Part shown: one piece after another, positions 53,966 through 63,636 of the stretch | How the letters are laid out: every line of letters begins with the position of its first letter | How positions within the stretch are numbered: the first letter of the stretch is position 1 | Assembly: GCA_019423685.1 (NCBI GenBank) | Contig: JAHZAY010000005.1 | Span: 20,057-84,056, forward strand | Length of the DNA: 64,000 nt | DNA from: Clostridiales bacterium | GTDB lineage: Bacteria > Bacillota > Clostridia > Oscillospirales > Ruminococcaceae | Direction: 5' to 3' | Notes under the pieces: generated by a model | Told to the model about the DNA's origin: nothing | Database searches by the model: none | Seen by the model: the letters and a program-made list of their open reading frames with translations, nothing else | Program-made: the position numbers and the translations under genes

Positions 53966-55353
53966 TCCTGATCTCCTCCTACCGTCATTTCGGTGACTCT
54001 GACTGTCGGCTGGCCCGCTCCAATATAGAGCGCACCGCTGGCCGCATAGCAGAAGCCCTGGCCCAGTGCGTAATCGTTTCCGACCATATCGACCTTCTTG
54101 AGGATGTCGCCGCCGGTGCCGATGAGGGTTGCACTTCTGACCGGGGTGGTGATCTTGCCGTTTTCGATCAGGAAGGTTTCCCCGGTATTGAAGTTAAATT
54201 CACCGGTTGCCGGATTGACCGAACCGGCATTGATGGCGTTGACATAGATGCCGCGCTCGGTGGAGGCGATCATCTCCTCGGGGCTGTCGGTGCCGGGAGC
54301 GATGTAGGTGTTGGTCATGCGGGAAGTCGGCTCATAGCGGAAGCTCTGGCGGCGGGAAGAACCGGTCGGCTCACAGCCCAGAATTCTGGCATGCAGCTTG
54401 TCGACCATATAGCTCTTGAGGATACCATTTTCGATGAGTACGTTTTTGCGGGTCGGCACGCCCTCATCGTCCACCTTGAGCGAACCCCACTGACCCGGCA
54501 TACTGCCGTCATCGATGAGGGTAACCTTTTCAGAGGCAACCTTCTGACCGATCTTGCCGGAAAATTCGGAGTTTCCGCGCGCTGTGCTGGAGGCCTCGAG
54601 CGAGTGTCCGCACGCCTCGTGGAAGAACAGGCCGCCAAAGCCGTTTGCAATGATGACCGGCATTCTGCCTGTCGGGCAGGCTTTGGCGTGCAGCATCGCT
54701 TTGGCATTTTTAGCTGCTTGGCGGACAGCTCCATCGACATCGATCTCGTCATAGAACTCAAAGCCCTTCATTGCACCCGGACCGGTGTAACTGGACTGGC
54801 GGTCTGAGCCCTCTTCGCAGAACACGGTGATGTGCAGTCTGGTCTTGACGCGGCGGTCATCTACAAAGCGGCCCTCCGAGTTGGCGATGCGAACCTTCTG
54901 ATCCATATCCAGATATTTCACCCTCACCTGGCTGACCAGCTCATCGGCATCATGTCCTGTCTTGACAACGCGCTTAATCAGCGCCATCTTGTCTTTGAGT
55001 CCCACCTGCTGCGGATACCGTGCGATCGGATTGAGCGATACCTGCTGCAACTGCTCCAGCGCCTGACGGGCAAAGTGGCCTTCGCGGTACTCGCAGGCTG
55101 CGCGCAGCATGGAAAGCAGGTTCTCCTCGCTCAGGTCAGCGGTGTAGAGGTAGGCGCTCTCTGTTCCCTTAAACAGGCGAATGCCGACGCCCTTTTCGGC
55201 GCCCGCAGAGGAGTCCAGCACCTTTTGATCGAGAACGGTCAGATTGCTTCTGCGCACATCCTCATAAAAGACCTCTGCAAAATCCGCACCGTGGCAGACA
55301 GCATAGTCCAGAATTTTTTCAATCAAGTCCTGATTCAAAACAGATCCCTCCAT
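53962..55353 (-). CDS. tldD: TldD family metalloprotease
   Basis: FFHEACGHSLE is the HExxxH zinc motif of TldD. Also present are GDGS-like MPGQWGSLKVDDEG and the C-terminal GFCYAASG. Confidence 0.85.
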   Translation of the reverse strand: MEGSVLNQDLIEKILDYAVCHGADFAEVFYEDVRRSNLTVLDQKVLDSSAGAEKGVGIRLFKGTESAYLYTADLSEENLLSMLRAACEYREGHFARQALEQLQQVSLNPIARYPQQVGLKDKMALIKRVVKTGHDADELVSQVRVKYLDMDQKVRIANSEGRFVDDRRVKTRLHITVFCEEGSDRQSSYTGPGAMKGFEFYDEIDVDGAVRQAAKNAKAMLHAKACPTGRMPVIIANGFGGLFFHEACGHSLEASSTARGNSEFSGKIGQKVASEKVTLIDDGSMPGQWGSLKVDDEGVPTRKNVLIENGILKSYMVDKLHARILGCEPTGSSRRQSFRYEPTSRMTNTYIAPGTDSPEEMIASTERGIYVNAINAGSVNPATGEFNFNTGETFLIENGKITTPVRSATLIGTGGDILKKVDMVGNDYALGQGFCYAASGALYIGAGQPTVRVTEMTVGGDQE

Positions 55354-55363
55354 TTCTTCCTAT

Positions 55364-55397
55364 AAAAAAGCGGCTGCGGGGATATCCCCACAGCCGC
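55364..55397 (-). terminator. intrinsic terminator of the opp operon, abutting the tldD start
   Basis: On the minus strand gcggctgtgggg-atat-ccccgcagccgc (one mismatch) is followed by tttttta. The tldD ATG is at 55353. Confidence 0.7.
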
Positions 55398-55432
55398 CCC
55401 GAAAGCATGAAATTATGATGAAAATCGAAGAG

Positions 55433-56434
55433 TTATTTATCTTTGTTCTGAGCATGGCAGAGATGGCAAGCCACAAAGTGGTTTGGCTCAATCTCCAACA
55501 GCTTTGGAGTTTCTTTCGCGCAGATGTCCATTGCATAGCGGCATCTTGCTCTGAATTTGCAGCCCGGTGGCGGGTTGATCGGGCTTGGCACTTCGCCTTC
55601 CAGTTTGATGCGCTCACGGGTCGCCTCAACGTCTGGGTCCGCAGTCGGGATGGCGGAAATCAGTGCCTGAGTATATGGATGCATTGGCTTGTCATACAGA
55701 TCGTAGTTGCTGGCCAGCTCTACCATCGAGCCCAGATACATAACGCCGACGCGGTCGGAGATATGTTTTACCATCGAAAGGTCGTGGGAGATGAAGAGGT
55801 AGGTCAAGCCAAATTCCTTCTGGAGTTTGATCAGAAGGTTGACAACCTGTGCCTGAATGGAAACGTCCAATGCAGAAATCGGCTCATCGCAGACGATGAA
55901 CTTCGGCTCAACAGCCAGTGCGCGGGCGATGCCGACACGCTGACGCTGACCGCCGGAGAGCTCATGTGCAAAGCGGTTTGCATATTCTGGGTTCAGACCA
56001 ACCTTGCCGAGCAGATCGGCAACACGCTCGTTCTTTTCCTTATCGGTCATGTGGAAGTGAACGTCCATTCCCTCGGAAATAATCTCGCCGATGGTCATAC
56101 GAGGGTCCAGAGATGCGTATGGGTCCTGGAAAATGATCTGTACATTTTTGCGGAACTCCAGCAGGTCTTTTCCTTTGAGGGTGGAGATGTCCTTGCCGTC
56201 AAACACAACCTTACCGGAAGTTGGCTCATACAGCTTCATCATGGTACGGCCGCAGGTGGTCTTGCCGCAGCCAGACTCGCCTACAAGACCGAGGGTCTCG
56301 CCGCGTTTGATCGAAACGGAGACGTGGTCTACCGCTTTGAGCACCTGCTTTTTACCTGCTTTAAAGAATTTGCACAGGTCGGTGACCTCCATGATGGTGT
56401 CGGCATTTTGCAGTTTTTCAATTACCTGATCCAT
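55433..56434 (-). CDS. oppF: oligopeptide/dipeptide ABC transporter ATP-binding protein (OppF type)
   Basis: It has Walker [10 protein letters not shown], the signature LSGGQRQR, Walker B FIVCDEP, and the C-terminal oligopeptide-type extension with PPGCKFRARC. Confidence 0.85.
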   Translation of the reverse strand: MDQVIEKLQNADTIMEVTDLCKFFKAGKKQVLKAVDHVSVSIKRGETLGLVGESGCGKTTCGRTMMKLYEPTSGKVVFDGKDISTLKGKDLLEFRKNVQIIFQDPYASLDPRMTIGEIISEGMDVHFHMTDKEKNERVADLLGKVGLNPEYANRFAHELSGGQRQRVGIARALAVEPKFIVCDEPISALDVSIQAQVVNLLIKLQKEFGLTYLFISHDLSMVKHISDRVGVMYLGSMVELASNYDLYDKPMHPYTQALISAIPTADPDVEATRERIKLEGEVPSPINPPPGCKFRARCRYAMDICAKETPKLLEIEPNHFVACHLCHAQNKDK

Positions 56435-57456
56435 TACTTCGCCTCCCTATCATAGAAGGATTTTACCTTTGGAGCATTTGGATGCTGCAACCAGCAGGAT
56501 ACCCTGTGGGTATCGGTGATGGTAGTCTCAAACGGATTGCGCTCTTTGCAGATTGGCATGCAGTATTCGCATCTGGATGCAAACGGGCAGCAATTGAGTG
56601 GTAGGATCAGATCCGGCGGGGTACCCTTCAGAGCGTACAGTTCCTGTTTTGCCTCTTTAGCAAGTTTTGGAACAGAGCTCAGCAGCGCCCATGTATAAGG
56701 ATGCTTGGAATCGTAGAAGATTTCTCTTGCAGTTCCGCGCTCCAATACCTGACCAGCATACATAACCTGGATTCTGTCTGCAAAGTTTGCAACAACGCCC
56801 AAGTCGTGAGTTACCAGAATGATTGCTGTGTTCATCTTCTCTTTCAGCTCACGCATCAGGTCCATAATCTGTGCCTGGATGGTAACATCCAGAGCGGTAG
56901 TCGGCTCATCGGCAATCAGGATCTTCGGATTGCAGGCCAGCGCCATTGCAATCATAACACGCTGACGCATACCACCGGACATCTCATGCGGATAGCTGTC
57001 AATTCTTTTTTCTGCGCTCGGGATATTGACCATCTTGAGCATCTTGATGGCTTCCTCGCGCGCTTCCTTTTTGTTCAGATGGCGATGGATGCGCAAGCTC
57101 TCCATAATCTGTTTACCGACGGTCATGGTCGGATTCAACGAAGTCATTGGGTCCTGGAAGATCATACCAACTTCATCGCCGCGGAAAGCGCACAGCTCTT
57201 TTTTATTCAGTGCCAGTACATCTTTGCCGTCGCACTCAATCTTAGAGCCTTCCTTAATGACTGCAAACGGAGGTTTGAGCAGGCGGAGGATCGACTTTGC
57301 GGTTACCGTTTTGCCGCAGCCGGACTCACCTACAAATGCCAGTGTTTCGCCGCGATCCAGGTGGAAGCTGACGCCGCGCACTGCCTTGACCTCACCAGCA
57401 TAGGTATTAAAGGATACGCTCAGGTTTTCTACATCCAAAATTCTATCGTTTGCCAT
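56434..57456 (-). CDS. oppD: oligopeptide/dipeptide ABC transporter ATP-binding protein (OppD type)
   Basis: It has [28 protein letters not shown] and the C-terminal CPFASRC motif. Confidence 0.85.
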   Translation of the reverse strand: MANDRILDVENLSVSFNTYAGEVKAVRGVSFHLDRGETLAFVGESGCGKTVTAKSILRLLKPPFAVIKEGSKIECDGKDVLALNKKELCAFRGDEVGMIFQDPMTSLNPTMTVGKQIMESLRIHRHLNKKEAREEAIKMLKMVNIPSAEKRIDSYPHEMSGGMRQRVMIAMALACNPKILIADEPTTALDVTIQAQIMDLMRELKEKMNTAIILVTHDLGVVANFADRIQVMYAGQVLERGTAREIFYDSKHPYTWALLSSVPKLAKEAKQELYALKGTPPDLILPLNCCPFASRCEYCMPICKERNPFETTITDTHRVSCWLQHPNAPKVKSFYDREAK

Positions 57457-57473
57457 TTTCTGTATCCCTCCTA

Positions 57474-58430
57474 CTACTTTCTCAGTTTCGGGTCAAGCGC
57501 ATCACGCAGGCCGTCACCCAGCAGGGTAAAGCCGAGCATGGTCAGCGCGATCATCAACGACGGGAAGAACAGCTGGTATGGATAGAACATGAAGTTCTGC
57601 TGCGCGGCGGAAGCCAAAGCGCCCCAGCTGGTTTCCGGCGGCTGTACGCCCAAACCGACGTAGCTCAGGAATGCCTCGGAGAAGATGTAACCCGGGATAT
57701 CGAAGGTGATTGCAACAATGATGATGCCCAAAGTGTTCGGGATCAGATGACGCATAATGGTCTTAAGTGGGGAAACGCCCAGTGCAGTAGCTGCCAGGAC
57801 ATATTCCTGAGACTTTAACTGAAGCATCTGGCCGCGAACCAGTCGCGCAATGCCGCACCATCCGGTGAGAACCAGGGCCAGCATCATCGTGCCGATACTC
57901 TTGGAATCGGTGACAACCGAGATAAGGATAACGGTGAGCAGGTAAGGGATGCTCAACAAAACCTCAACGATACGCATCATGATATCGTCGACGATGCCGC
58001 CGAAGTAGGAAGCAATACCGCCATAGATACTGCCCACAACGCTGGCTACAACCGCGCCGACAATACCGATGGTCAGCGATACGCGGCCGCCCTGGAATAC
58101 ACGGGCAAACAGGTCACGGCCCAGATCGTCGGTACCAAACCAGTGTTTTGCACTTGGCAGCTGGTTGATTTCTGCAGTGTTCATCTCTTCATAGTTGTAA
58201 CCGGAGATACCAGGACCGATTACAACAAAGATGACCATCAGGATGAGGATAATCAGCGCAACCAGCGCAATTTTATTTTCTCTGAATCTTCTCCACGCAT
58301 CTGCCCAATAGCTTACCTTTGGACGGGCAATAATATCTCCGGAGAAGTCATCCGTGCCAATAATTTCAAACTTTTCTGCCGGAATGTCTTCCCACTCCGT
58401 TGCAGATACATTTTTGTTCTCTTCTGACAT
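57474..58430 (-). CDS. oppC: oligopeptide ABC transporter permease (OppC type)
   Basis: The N-terminal OppC_N-like region reads WRRFRENKIALVAL. The BPD-transporter EAA-like loop reads EYVLAATALGVSPLKTIMRHLIPN. Confidence 0.85.
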   Translation of the reverse strand: MSEENKNVSATEWEDIPAEKFEIIGTDDFSGDIIARPKVSYWADAWRRFRENKIALVALIILILMVIFVVIGPGISGYNYEEMNTAEINQLPSAKHWFGTDDLGRDLFARVFQGGRVSLTIGIVGAVVASVVGSIYGGIASYFGGIVDDIMMRIVEVLLSIPYLLTVILISVVTDSKSIGTMMLALVLTGWCGIARLVRGQMLQLKSQEYVLAATALGVSPLKTIMRHLIPNTLGIIIVAITFDIPGYIFSEAFLSYVGLGVQPPETSWGALASAAQQNFMFYPYQLFFPSLMIALTMLGFTLLGDGLRDALDPKLRK

Positions 58431-58442
58431 GTGTTCTCCTCC

Positions 58443-59375
58443 TTACTTATTGCCGCTGATGCGGATTCTTGGGTCAAGGATGGTATAGGCGATATCGATG
58501 AGCAGCTGTGCCAAAACAAAGAGGGCTGCAGCAAAGATGGTGGTGCCGATAATCATGGTATAGTCACGGTCGTTGATGGAGGATACAAAGTAGAAACCGA
58601 GGCCCGGGATGCCGAACATCTTCTCTACTACGAACGAACCAGTGAAGATGCCGGAGATCTGGCCGCCCAGCATGGTGATGCACGGCAGAATCGCATTCTT
58701 CAAAACGTGATTTTTGATGACATTAAAGCCGCTGACGCCCTTCGCCTCTGCAGTCAGGATGTAGTCCTGTCCCATAACCTCCAGCATATTGGACTTGAGG
58801 TAACGGGCATAGGTCGCGATTGGTCCAAAGGCCATTGCGATAACCGGCAGAATGATGTGCTCCGGTTTACCCCATCCGGTGGTCGGCAGAATCATCCACT
58901 TTACAGTGAAGAAGTACTGCAGCAGTGCCGCCAAAACAAAGACCGGAACAGTGATACCCAGAATCGCGATAAACATAACCAGGTAATCCGGCCACTTATT
59001 CTTGTTCAGCGCCGCCACAATTCCCAGCACAATACCGATTGTGACACCAAACAGCAGCGCCAGGCCGCCAGTGGTGGCAGAAACTTTGGAGTTTGTGAGC
59101 AGAGTGTGGGTGATGCTCTGGCCAGGATATTTCAGAGACTCGCCCAGATCACCCTGGGTAACCAGGTTCTTCAAGAAGATTGCATACTGCTCGGTGACCG
59201 GCTTGTCCAAACCGTACTTCGCGTAGTAGTTCGCCCTGGCCTGCTCCGGCAGCTTGTTGACCGTAGCGCCCAGCGGGTCACCAGGAATGGAATGCATCAT
59301 GAAAAAGGTCACTGCGGAGATGATCAGCAGCGTAACCAGCATGTAGCCAATACGCTTCAGGATATACTTAAACAT
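58443..59375 (-). CDS. oppB: oligopeptide ABC transporter permease (OppB type)
   Basis: MFKYILKRIGYMLVTLLIISAVTFFMM is the typical OppB/DppB N-terminus. The EAA loop reads DYILTAEAKGVSGFNVIKNHVLKNA. Confidence 0.85.
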   Translation of the reverse strand: MFKYILKRIGYMLVTLLIISAVTFFMMHSIPGDPLGATVNKLPEQARANYYAKYGLDKPVTEQYAIFLKNLVTQGDLGESLKYPGQSITHTLLTNSKVSATTGGLALLFGVTIGIVLGIVAALNKNKWPDYLVMFIAILGITVPVFVLAALLQYFFTVKWMILPTTGWGKPEHIILPVIAMAFGPIATYARYLKSNMLEVMGQDYILTAEAKGVSGFNVIKNHVLKNAILPCITMLGGQISGIFTGSFVVEKMFGIPGLGFYFVSSINDRDYTMIIGTTIFAAALFVLAQLLIDIAYTILDPRIRISGNK

Positions 59376-59490
59376 GCTTTTCCCCCTTTTTTCCCTTCGT
59401 TCTCAATATCGAAAGGAAACAGGCAGCCAAAGGCTGCCTGTTTCCGCCTTCTACATAAAAGTGAGAAGATTGATTTGTGCTCTTTTTGGT

Positions 59491-61191
59491 TTACCGGCCG
59501 CTTACATAAGCGTATTTCAGACCGGTGGAAGTGAACGGCATGGTGTTTGCGTTCTTGATATAGGTGTAACGGAAGGTGTTGGCGGCTTCGTTAACAACTG
59601 GGCAGAGCGGGCCTTCCTCAAACAGGAGGGTCTCAGCCTGCTTGTACAGCTCAACACGTTTTGCCTCGTCCATCTCTACAGCAGCCTGGTCGAGCAGGGA
59701 GTCATATTCCTCGCTTACCCAGCCGGTGTTGATGTTGCCGGAGTCAGAACGCATTAGGTTCAGCATTGCGTATGGATCGTTGTAGTCGATCGACCAGGAC
59801 ATGTAGCCCATCTGGTAGTCGCCGTCCATAACCTTCTGGTTGAAGGTGCCCCACTCGTTGAAGTCGAGGACAACAGTGACACCCAGAACATCCTTAAAGG
59901 TCTGCTGATAGTACTCGCCGTAGTTTCTCATCCACTGAGAGGTATCGCCGAAGCTCAGGGTTACTTCCAGGGTGGAAGGATCGCTGCCAAGGCCAAGCTC
60001 TTCCATACCGGTGAGCAGCAACTCTTTTGGATCCAGACCTTCTTCATACATGGTCTGCAGAGGAGCCTCAAACTGCTCTCTGTAGTTGCCCTGTTCACCA
60101 GTGGTAACACCATCCGGTACCCAGCCATAAGCCGGAGCCATGGTGCCGTTGTAGATAACCTCTACAACATCCTCGCGGTCAAGTGCCAGAGTGAAGGCGT
60201 TGCGGATGTTCTTGTTCTGGAACAACTCATCGGTAGTGTTGTAGAAATTGAATCGAACCGATGGAGAAGTGTAATGCAGATACTCTACATTGTCCATCTG
60301 CTCGAAACGATCCATCCACTCGCGGACGATGCAGCCGCAGGAATCGATAGAGGCGTTGCTGAAGGAATTGTAGATCGCATTCTCATCGTTCATGATGTTG
60401 TAGGTGATGGTGTCAAGGTTTACATTTTCAGCATCCCAGTAGCTTTCGTTCTTGGTCATGACCAGCTGGGAGTTGTGGGTCCAGGTATCGAGTTTGAACG
60501 GACCGTTGTAAACCAGGTTTGCCGCGTCGGCACCGAAGGTGTCGCCGTACTGCTCAACGATGTCCTGACGCTGTGGCATCATGACACGGGTATCGGTCAG
60601 GGACAGGAAGTATGGGGTCGGCTGCTCCAGGGTGAAGACCAGGGTCTTCTCGTCGGTAGCTTCAACGCCCAGTTCGGAAACATCCATCTCACCAGCCAGA
60701 ACAGCCTCGCCGTTCTTCAGGCAGGTCAGCAGGTAGGAGTTTGGAGAACCTACATCTGGGGTCATAATTCTTCTGACTGCGTAAGCGTAATCCTCAGCGG
60801 TTACAGGCTGGCCGTCGCTCCAGGTGTTGTCACGCAGATGGAAGGTCCAGACATCGCCGGTCTCGTTGGATTCCCAGGTCTCAGCGCCGGCACCTTCACG
60901 GACGTTCTGTCCGTCTTTTTCACCCAGTCTGGTCAGAGGCTCCATAACGTTGGTCAGAACTGAGGAGCTGTAGGTGTCGTTACCGACTACGCTGTCCAGA
61001 GTGGTTGGCTCACTGCCGAGGTAGCCGTTAAAATACTGCTCCGCATCCAGCACGTTGCCGTCGATGGTCTTCTGCTCTGCTGTGGCAGCGCCTTCACCGT
61101 TGGCAGAGGATTCTTCCTCGCCGCCGCAAGCTGCCAGAGAAAGCATCATCGCGCCTGCCAGCAGAACTGCCAGGATTTTTTTGATCTTCAT
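59491..61191 (-). CDS. oppA: oligopeptide ABC transporter substrate-binding lipoprotein (family 5 SBP)
   Basis: The ATG at 61191 follows AAAGGAGA by 7 nt. The signal peptide has the lipobox LSLAAC. Family-5 SBP motifs are present (LTRLGEKDG, WSDGQPVTAEDY). Confidence 0.85.
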   Translation of the reverse strand: MKIKKILAVLLAGAMMLSLAACGGEEESSANGEGAATAEQKTIDGNVLDAEQYFNGYLGSEPTTLDSVVGNDTYSSSVLTNVMEPLTRLGEKDGQNVREGAGAETWESNETGDVWTFHLRDNTWSDGQPVTAEDYAYAVRRIMTPDVGSPNSYLLTCLKNGEAVLAGEMDVSELGVEATDEKTLVFTLEQPTPYFLSLTDTRVMMPQRQDIVEQYGDTFGADAANLVYNGPFKLDTWTHNSQLVMTKNESYWDAENVNLDTITYNIMNDENAIYNSFSNASIDSCGCIVREWMDRFEQMDNVEYLHYTSPSVRFNFYNTTDELFQNKNIRNAFTLALDREDVVEVIYNGTMAPAYGWVPDGVTTGEQGNYREQFEAPLQTMYEEGLDPKELLLTGMEELGLGSDPSTLEVTLSFGDTSQWMRNYGEYYQQTFKDVLGVTVVLDFNEWGTFNQKVMDGDYQMGYMSWSIDYNDPYAMLNLMRSDSGNINTGWVSEEYDSLLDQAAVEMDEAKRVELYKQAETLLFEEGPLCPVVNEAANTFRYTYIKNANTMPFTSTGLKYAYVSGR

Positions 61192-61281
61192 GATAATTTC
61201 TCCTTTCGGGCTTATCAAACTCTCTTATTTTACACGACCCCTTCTTTTTAGTCGTGCAATTAACAAACAACATGAACCGAA

Positions 61282-61965
61282 TCAGGCGGTTGTTTCCATG
61301 TAGGGCCAGAATAAATCGTCCTGTACCTTCGTGCTCTTTCCCTGTTGGAGAACATTGTATGCCAGGTCGTAATGCCTTTGCAGGGCCTGTACGATTTCCT
61401 GTTCCCGCTGGGTTTCATAGGCTTTGAGCAACTCCTGGTGGCGCTGTGTACACCGCATGACGTCCGATTTTTCCACTGCGGCAAACACCGCCATGTTGCT
61501 GGCGTCCATGCTTTTCCAGATGTGCTCCAGTTTTGGAAATCCCGCTTCTTCTACAATACATGCGTGAAAGCTGTTATCCAGCTGTGCCAACATACACAGG
61601 TCATTGCCTGCAATGTGCATCTGCTGGACACATTCCCGCATCTTCTGCAATGCCCCGGGGCTCACCTTGCCCCGACACAATCTGACCGCCAATACTTCGA
61701 GCACCGCCCGCAGCAGGCCTACCTCATAAATATCCTTTTCATTGAGGGCTGCCACCGAGCATCCGACGTTGCGCTCATACCGGACCAGCCCTTCCTGCTC
61801 CAGCTGCCGCAGCGCCTCTCGTACCGGTCCGCGGCTGACGCCGAGCATCAATGCGATTTCCTGCTCCTTCAGTCGTTCTCCGGACTTCATCTGGCCTGTC
61901 AAGATTTTTTTTCGGATCTCATCCGCCACTTCTTGCCTCAGGGTTTTGTAGTTTAGTTGTCCCAT
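61282..61965 (-). CDS. GntR family transcriptional regulator with FCD (FadR C-terminal) domain
   Basis: LKEQEIALMLGVSRGPVREALRQLEQEGLV is the GntR HTH, followed by an all-helical C-terminal domain. Confidence 0.85.
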   Translation of the reverse strand: MGQLNYKTLRQEVADEIRKKILTGQMKSGERLKEQEIALMLGVSRGPVREALRQLEQEGLVRYERNVGCSVAALNEKDIYEVGLLRAVLEVLAVRLCRGKVSPGALQKMRECVQQMHIAGNDLCMLAQLDNSFHACIVEEAGFPKLEHIWKSMDASNMAVFAAVEKSDVMRCTQRHQELLKAYETQREQEIVQALQRHYDLAYNVLQQGKSTKVQDDLFWPYMETTA

Positions 61966-62226
61966 TTGCTCCCCCCGTGCTGTTAGCAGCTGATCAAGAT
62001 TTTGCAGTATGCTGAAGATTGTCTACAATCTCCACGCTTTGTATTGTAGCACAGTTCGCCACCGATTGCAACAAATTCAGAAACACTTTGTTCATTTTAT
62101 TTATTTTTTCTGTTAATTTTACGTACAATTTGCTTAAAAACTAGCAATAAAACCGCTCTTTCTCCAAATTTTGGTTGTTTATAGAGACAAAATTCCATAT
62201 TTGAAAATGGTCTTGAGAACAACAGA

Positions 62227-62253
62227 CAAAAAAGGCGCCCGAAAGGACGCCTT
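62227..62253 (-). terminator. intrinsic terminator of the second GntR/FCD gene
   Basis: On the minus strand aaggcgtcc-tttc-gggcgcctt (with one G-U pair) is followed by ttttttg. Confidence 0.6.
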
Positions 62254-62280
62254 CTTTTAAAACAATAAAATTTCAACCCA

Positions 62281-62973
62281 CTAGAGGGTAAAATCCAATT
62301 TGTAGGGAAACTCTTTTGCAGAGATTCCGTGATCTCTGAGATAGCCGGTTGTGGTCTCCATATAGTGGGTCAACAACGTCTGACAGATGTTGTCGACGTC
62401 ACCCGTCTTGATAGCGTCGAGCACTTTGCGGTGAATCTTCTCCTGATTGCGCACCACATATTCGCTCTTGCCGGTGCCGCGGTAAAAGACGATGGTGTTG
62501 CCGCTGTCCATGCTGCTCCACAAAAAATACAGTCTCTTTAAGCCGCACTCTCGAATAATACATTCGTGAAAATCGTTGTCGTTGACGATGGTCTCATCAA
62601 ATCGCTCAACTTTATCCAGACTGGCCATCCGCTGCACAATCTCCTCCATGCGCGCGATGGTCTGCTCTGAAAATTTGCCGTCGCACATTTTGACCGACAA
62701 AATCTCCAAATCCGCACGCAGCAGATACACTTCATACACATCCTGTGCGTTAAAGTCTTTGACAAAGCAGCCGACGTGAGAGGTATACTCCACCAGGCCT
62801 TCCTGCTCAATCTGGCGCAGCGCTTCGCGCACCGGACCGCGGCTGACCCCAAGCTCCTGTGCCATATCCTGCTCTACAATTCGGGTTCCAGGCTTGAGCT
62901 CTCCGGTCAGCAGCTTCATGCGGATCGCCTGTGTCACCTGTTCCCGCAAGGTTTGGCGCATAATTTTCGCCAT
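62281..62973 (-). CDS. GntR family transcriptional regulator with FCD domain (paralogue of 61282-61965)
   Basis: IVEQDMAQELGVSRGPVREALRQIEQEGLV. It is collinear and highly similar to the neighbouring regulator over the N-terminal 120 aa. Confidence 0.85.
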   Translation of the reverse strand: MAKIMRQTLREQVTQAIRMKLLTGELKPGTRIVEQDMAQELGVSRGPVREALRQIEQEGLVEYTSHVGCFVKDFNAQDVYEVYLLRADLEILSVKMCDGKFSEQTIARMEEIVQRMASLDKVERFDETIVNDNDFHECIIRECGLKRLYFLWSSMDSGNTIVFYRGTGKSEYVVRNQEKIHRKVLDAIKTGDVDNICQTLLTHYMETTTGYLRDHGISAKEFPYKLDFTL

Positions 62974-63134
62974 CCTAGTTTCCTCCTGTTCCTATCTATC
63001 TTCCCAGCATCTCCCTTTGGTGAAGTGCTGTAAGGTTTCCATATACTATTTTACCATAACATAACATTCGTTCAAATGCAATTCAAAATTGTGAAAAAAA
63101 GTCCTATCTACCCCAAATTTTTTTCCTTTTCCTC

Positions 63135-63163
63135 TTGACAGAAGGGCACAAGGCTGGTATTAT
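63135..63163 (+). promoter_or_regulatory. sigma-A promoter of the second GntR(YtrA)-ABC operon
   Basis: TTGACA (63135-63140), 17 nt spacer, then TATTAT (63158-63163). Confidence 0.65.
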
Positions 63164-63184
63164 TGTATTAAGCACTTAATACAA
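63163..63184 (+). promoter_or_regulatory. perfect 10-2-10 palindrome TTGTATTAAG-CA-CTTAATACAA (candidate YtrA-type operator)
   Basis: The palindrome is read directly from the sequence. It begins at the last base of the -10 box and covers the predicted transcription start. Confidence 0.6.
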
Positions 63185-63209
63185 TAATGAAATGAAGGGA
63201 GGCCAAAGA

Positions 63210-63608
63210 ATGACCTGGCAATTTGATGATAAGCTGCCAATCTACCTGCAAATTATCCACATTCTAAAGCAGGATCTGGCCTGCGGCAAATATCCCCCAG
63301 GGCAAAAGCTGCCCGCCGTGCGGGAGTTGGCCTTGGAGGCTGGAGTAAACCCTAACACCATGCAAAAAGCGCTTTCCGAACTGGAACGCGACGGGCTGCT
63401 GAAAAGCCAGCGCACAGCCGGGCGCTTCGTCACAGAAGATAAGGAGAAGATTATGGAAGTACGGCGCACTTTGGCATACGACGAAATCGAGAGGATGGTA
63501 GAAAACATCTCCTCACTCGGCTACCGGCGGGAGGATATCCCGCAGCTGCTTGAGCGCTATTTAAGCGCTCAGACAAAGGAGCCACAAAACAAGCTGGACA
63601 CTTTGTAA
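63210..63608 (+). CDS. GntR family transcriptional regulator, YtrA subfamily
   Basis: PIYLQIIHILKQDLACGKYPPGQKLPAVRELALEAGVNPNTMQKALSELERDGLLKSQRTAGRFVT. The ATG at 63210 follows GGGAGG. Confidence 0.85.
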   Translation: MTWQFDDKLPIYLQIIHILKQDLACGKYPPGQKLPAVRELALEAGVNPNTMQKALSELERDGLLKSQRTAGRFVTEDKEKIMEVRRTLAYDEIERMVENISSLGYRREDIPQLLERYLSAQTKEPQNKLDTL

Positions 63609-63636
63609 GGCAAGCTCTGCCGGAAAGGAAATCAAG

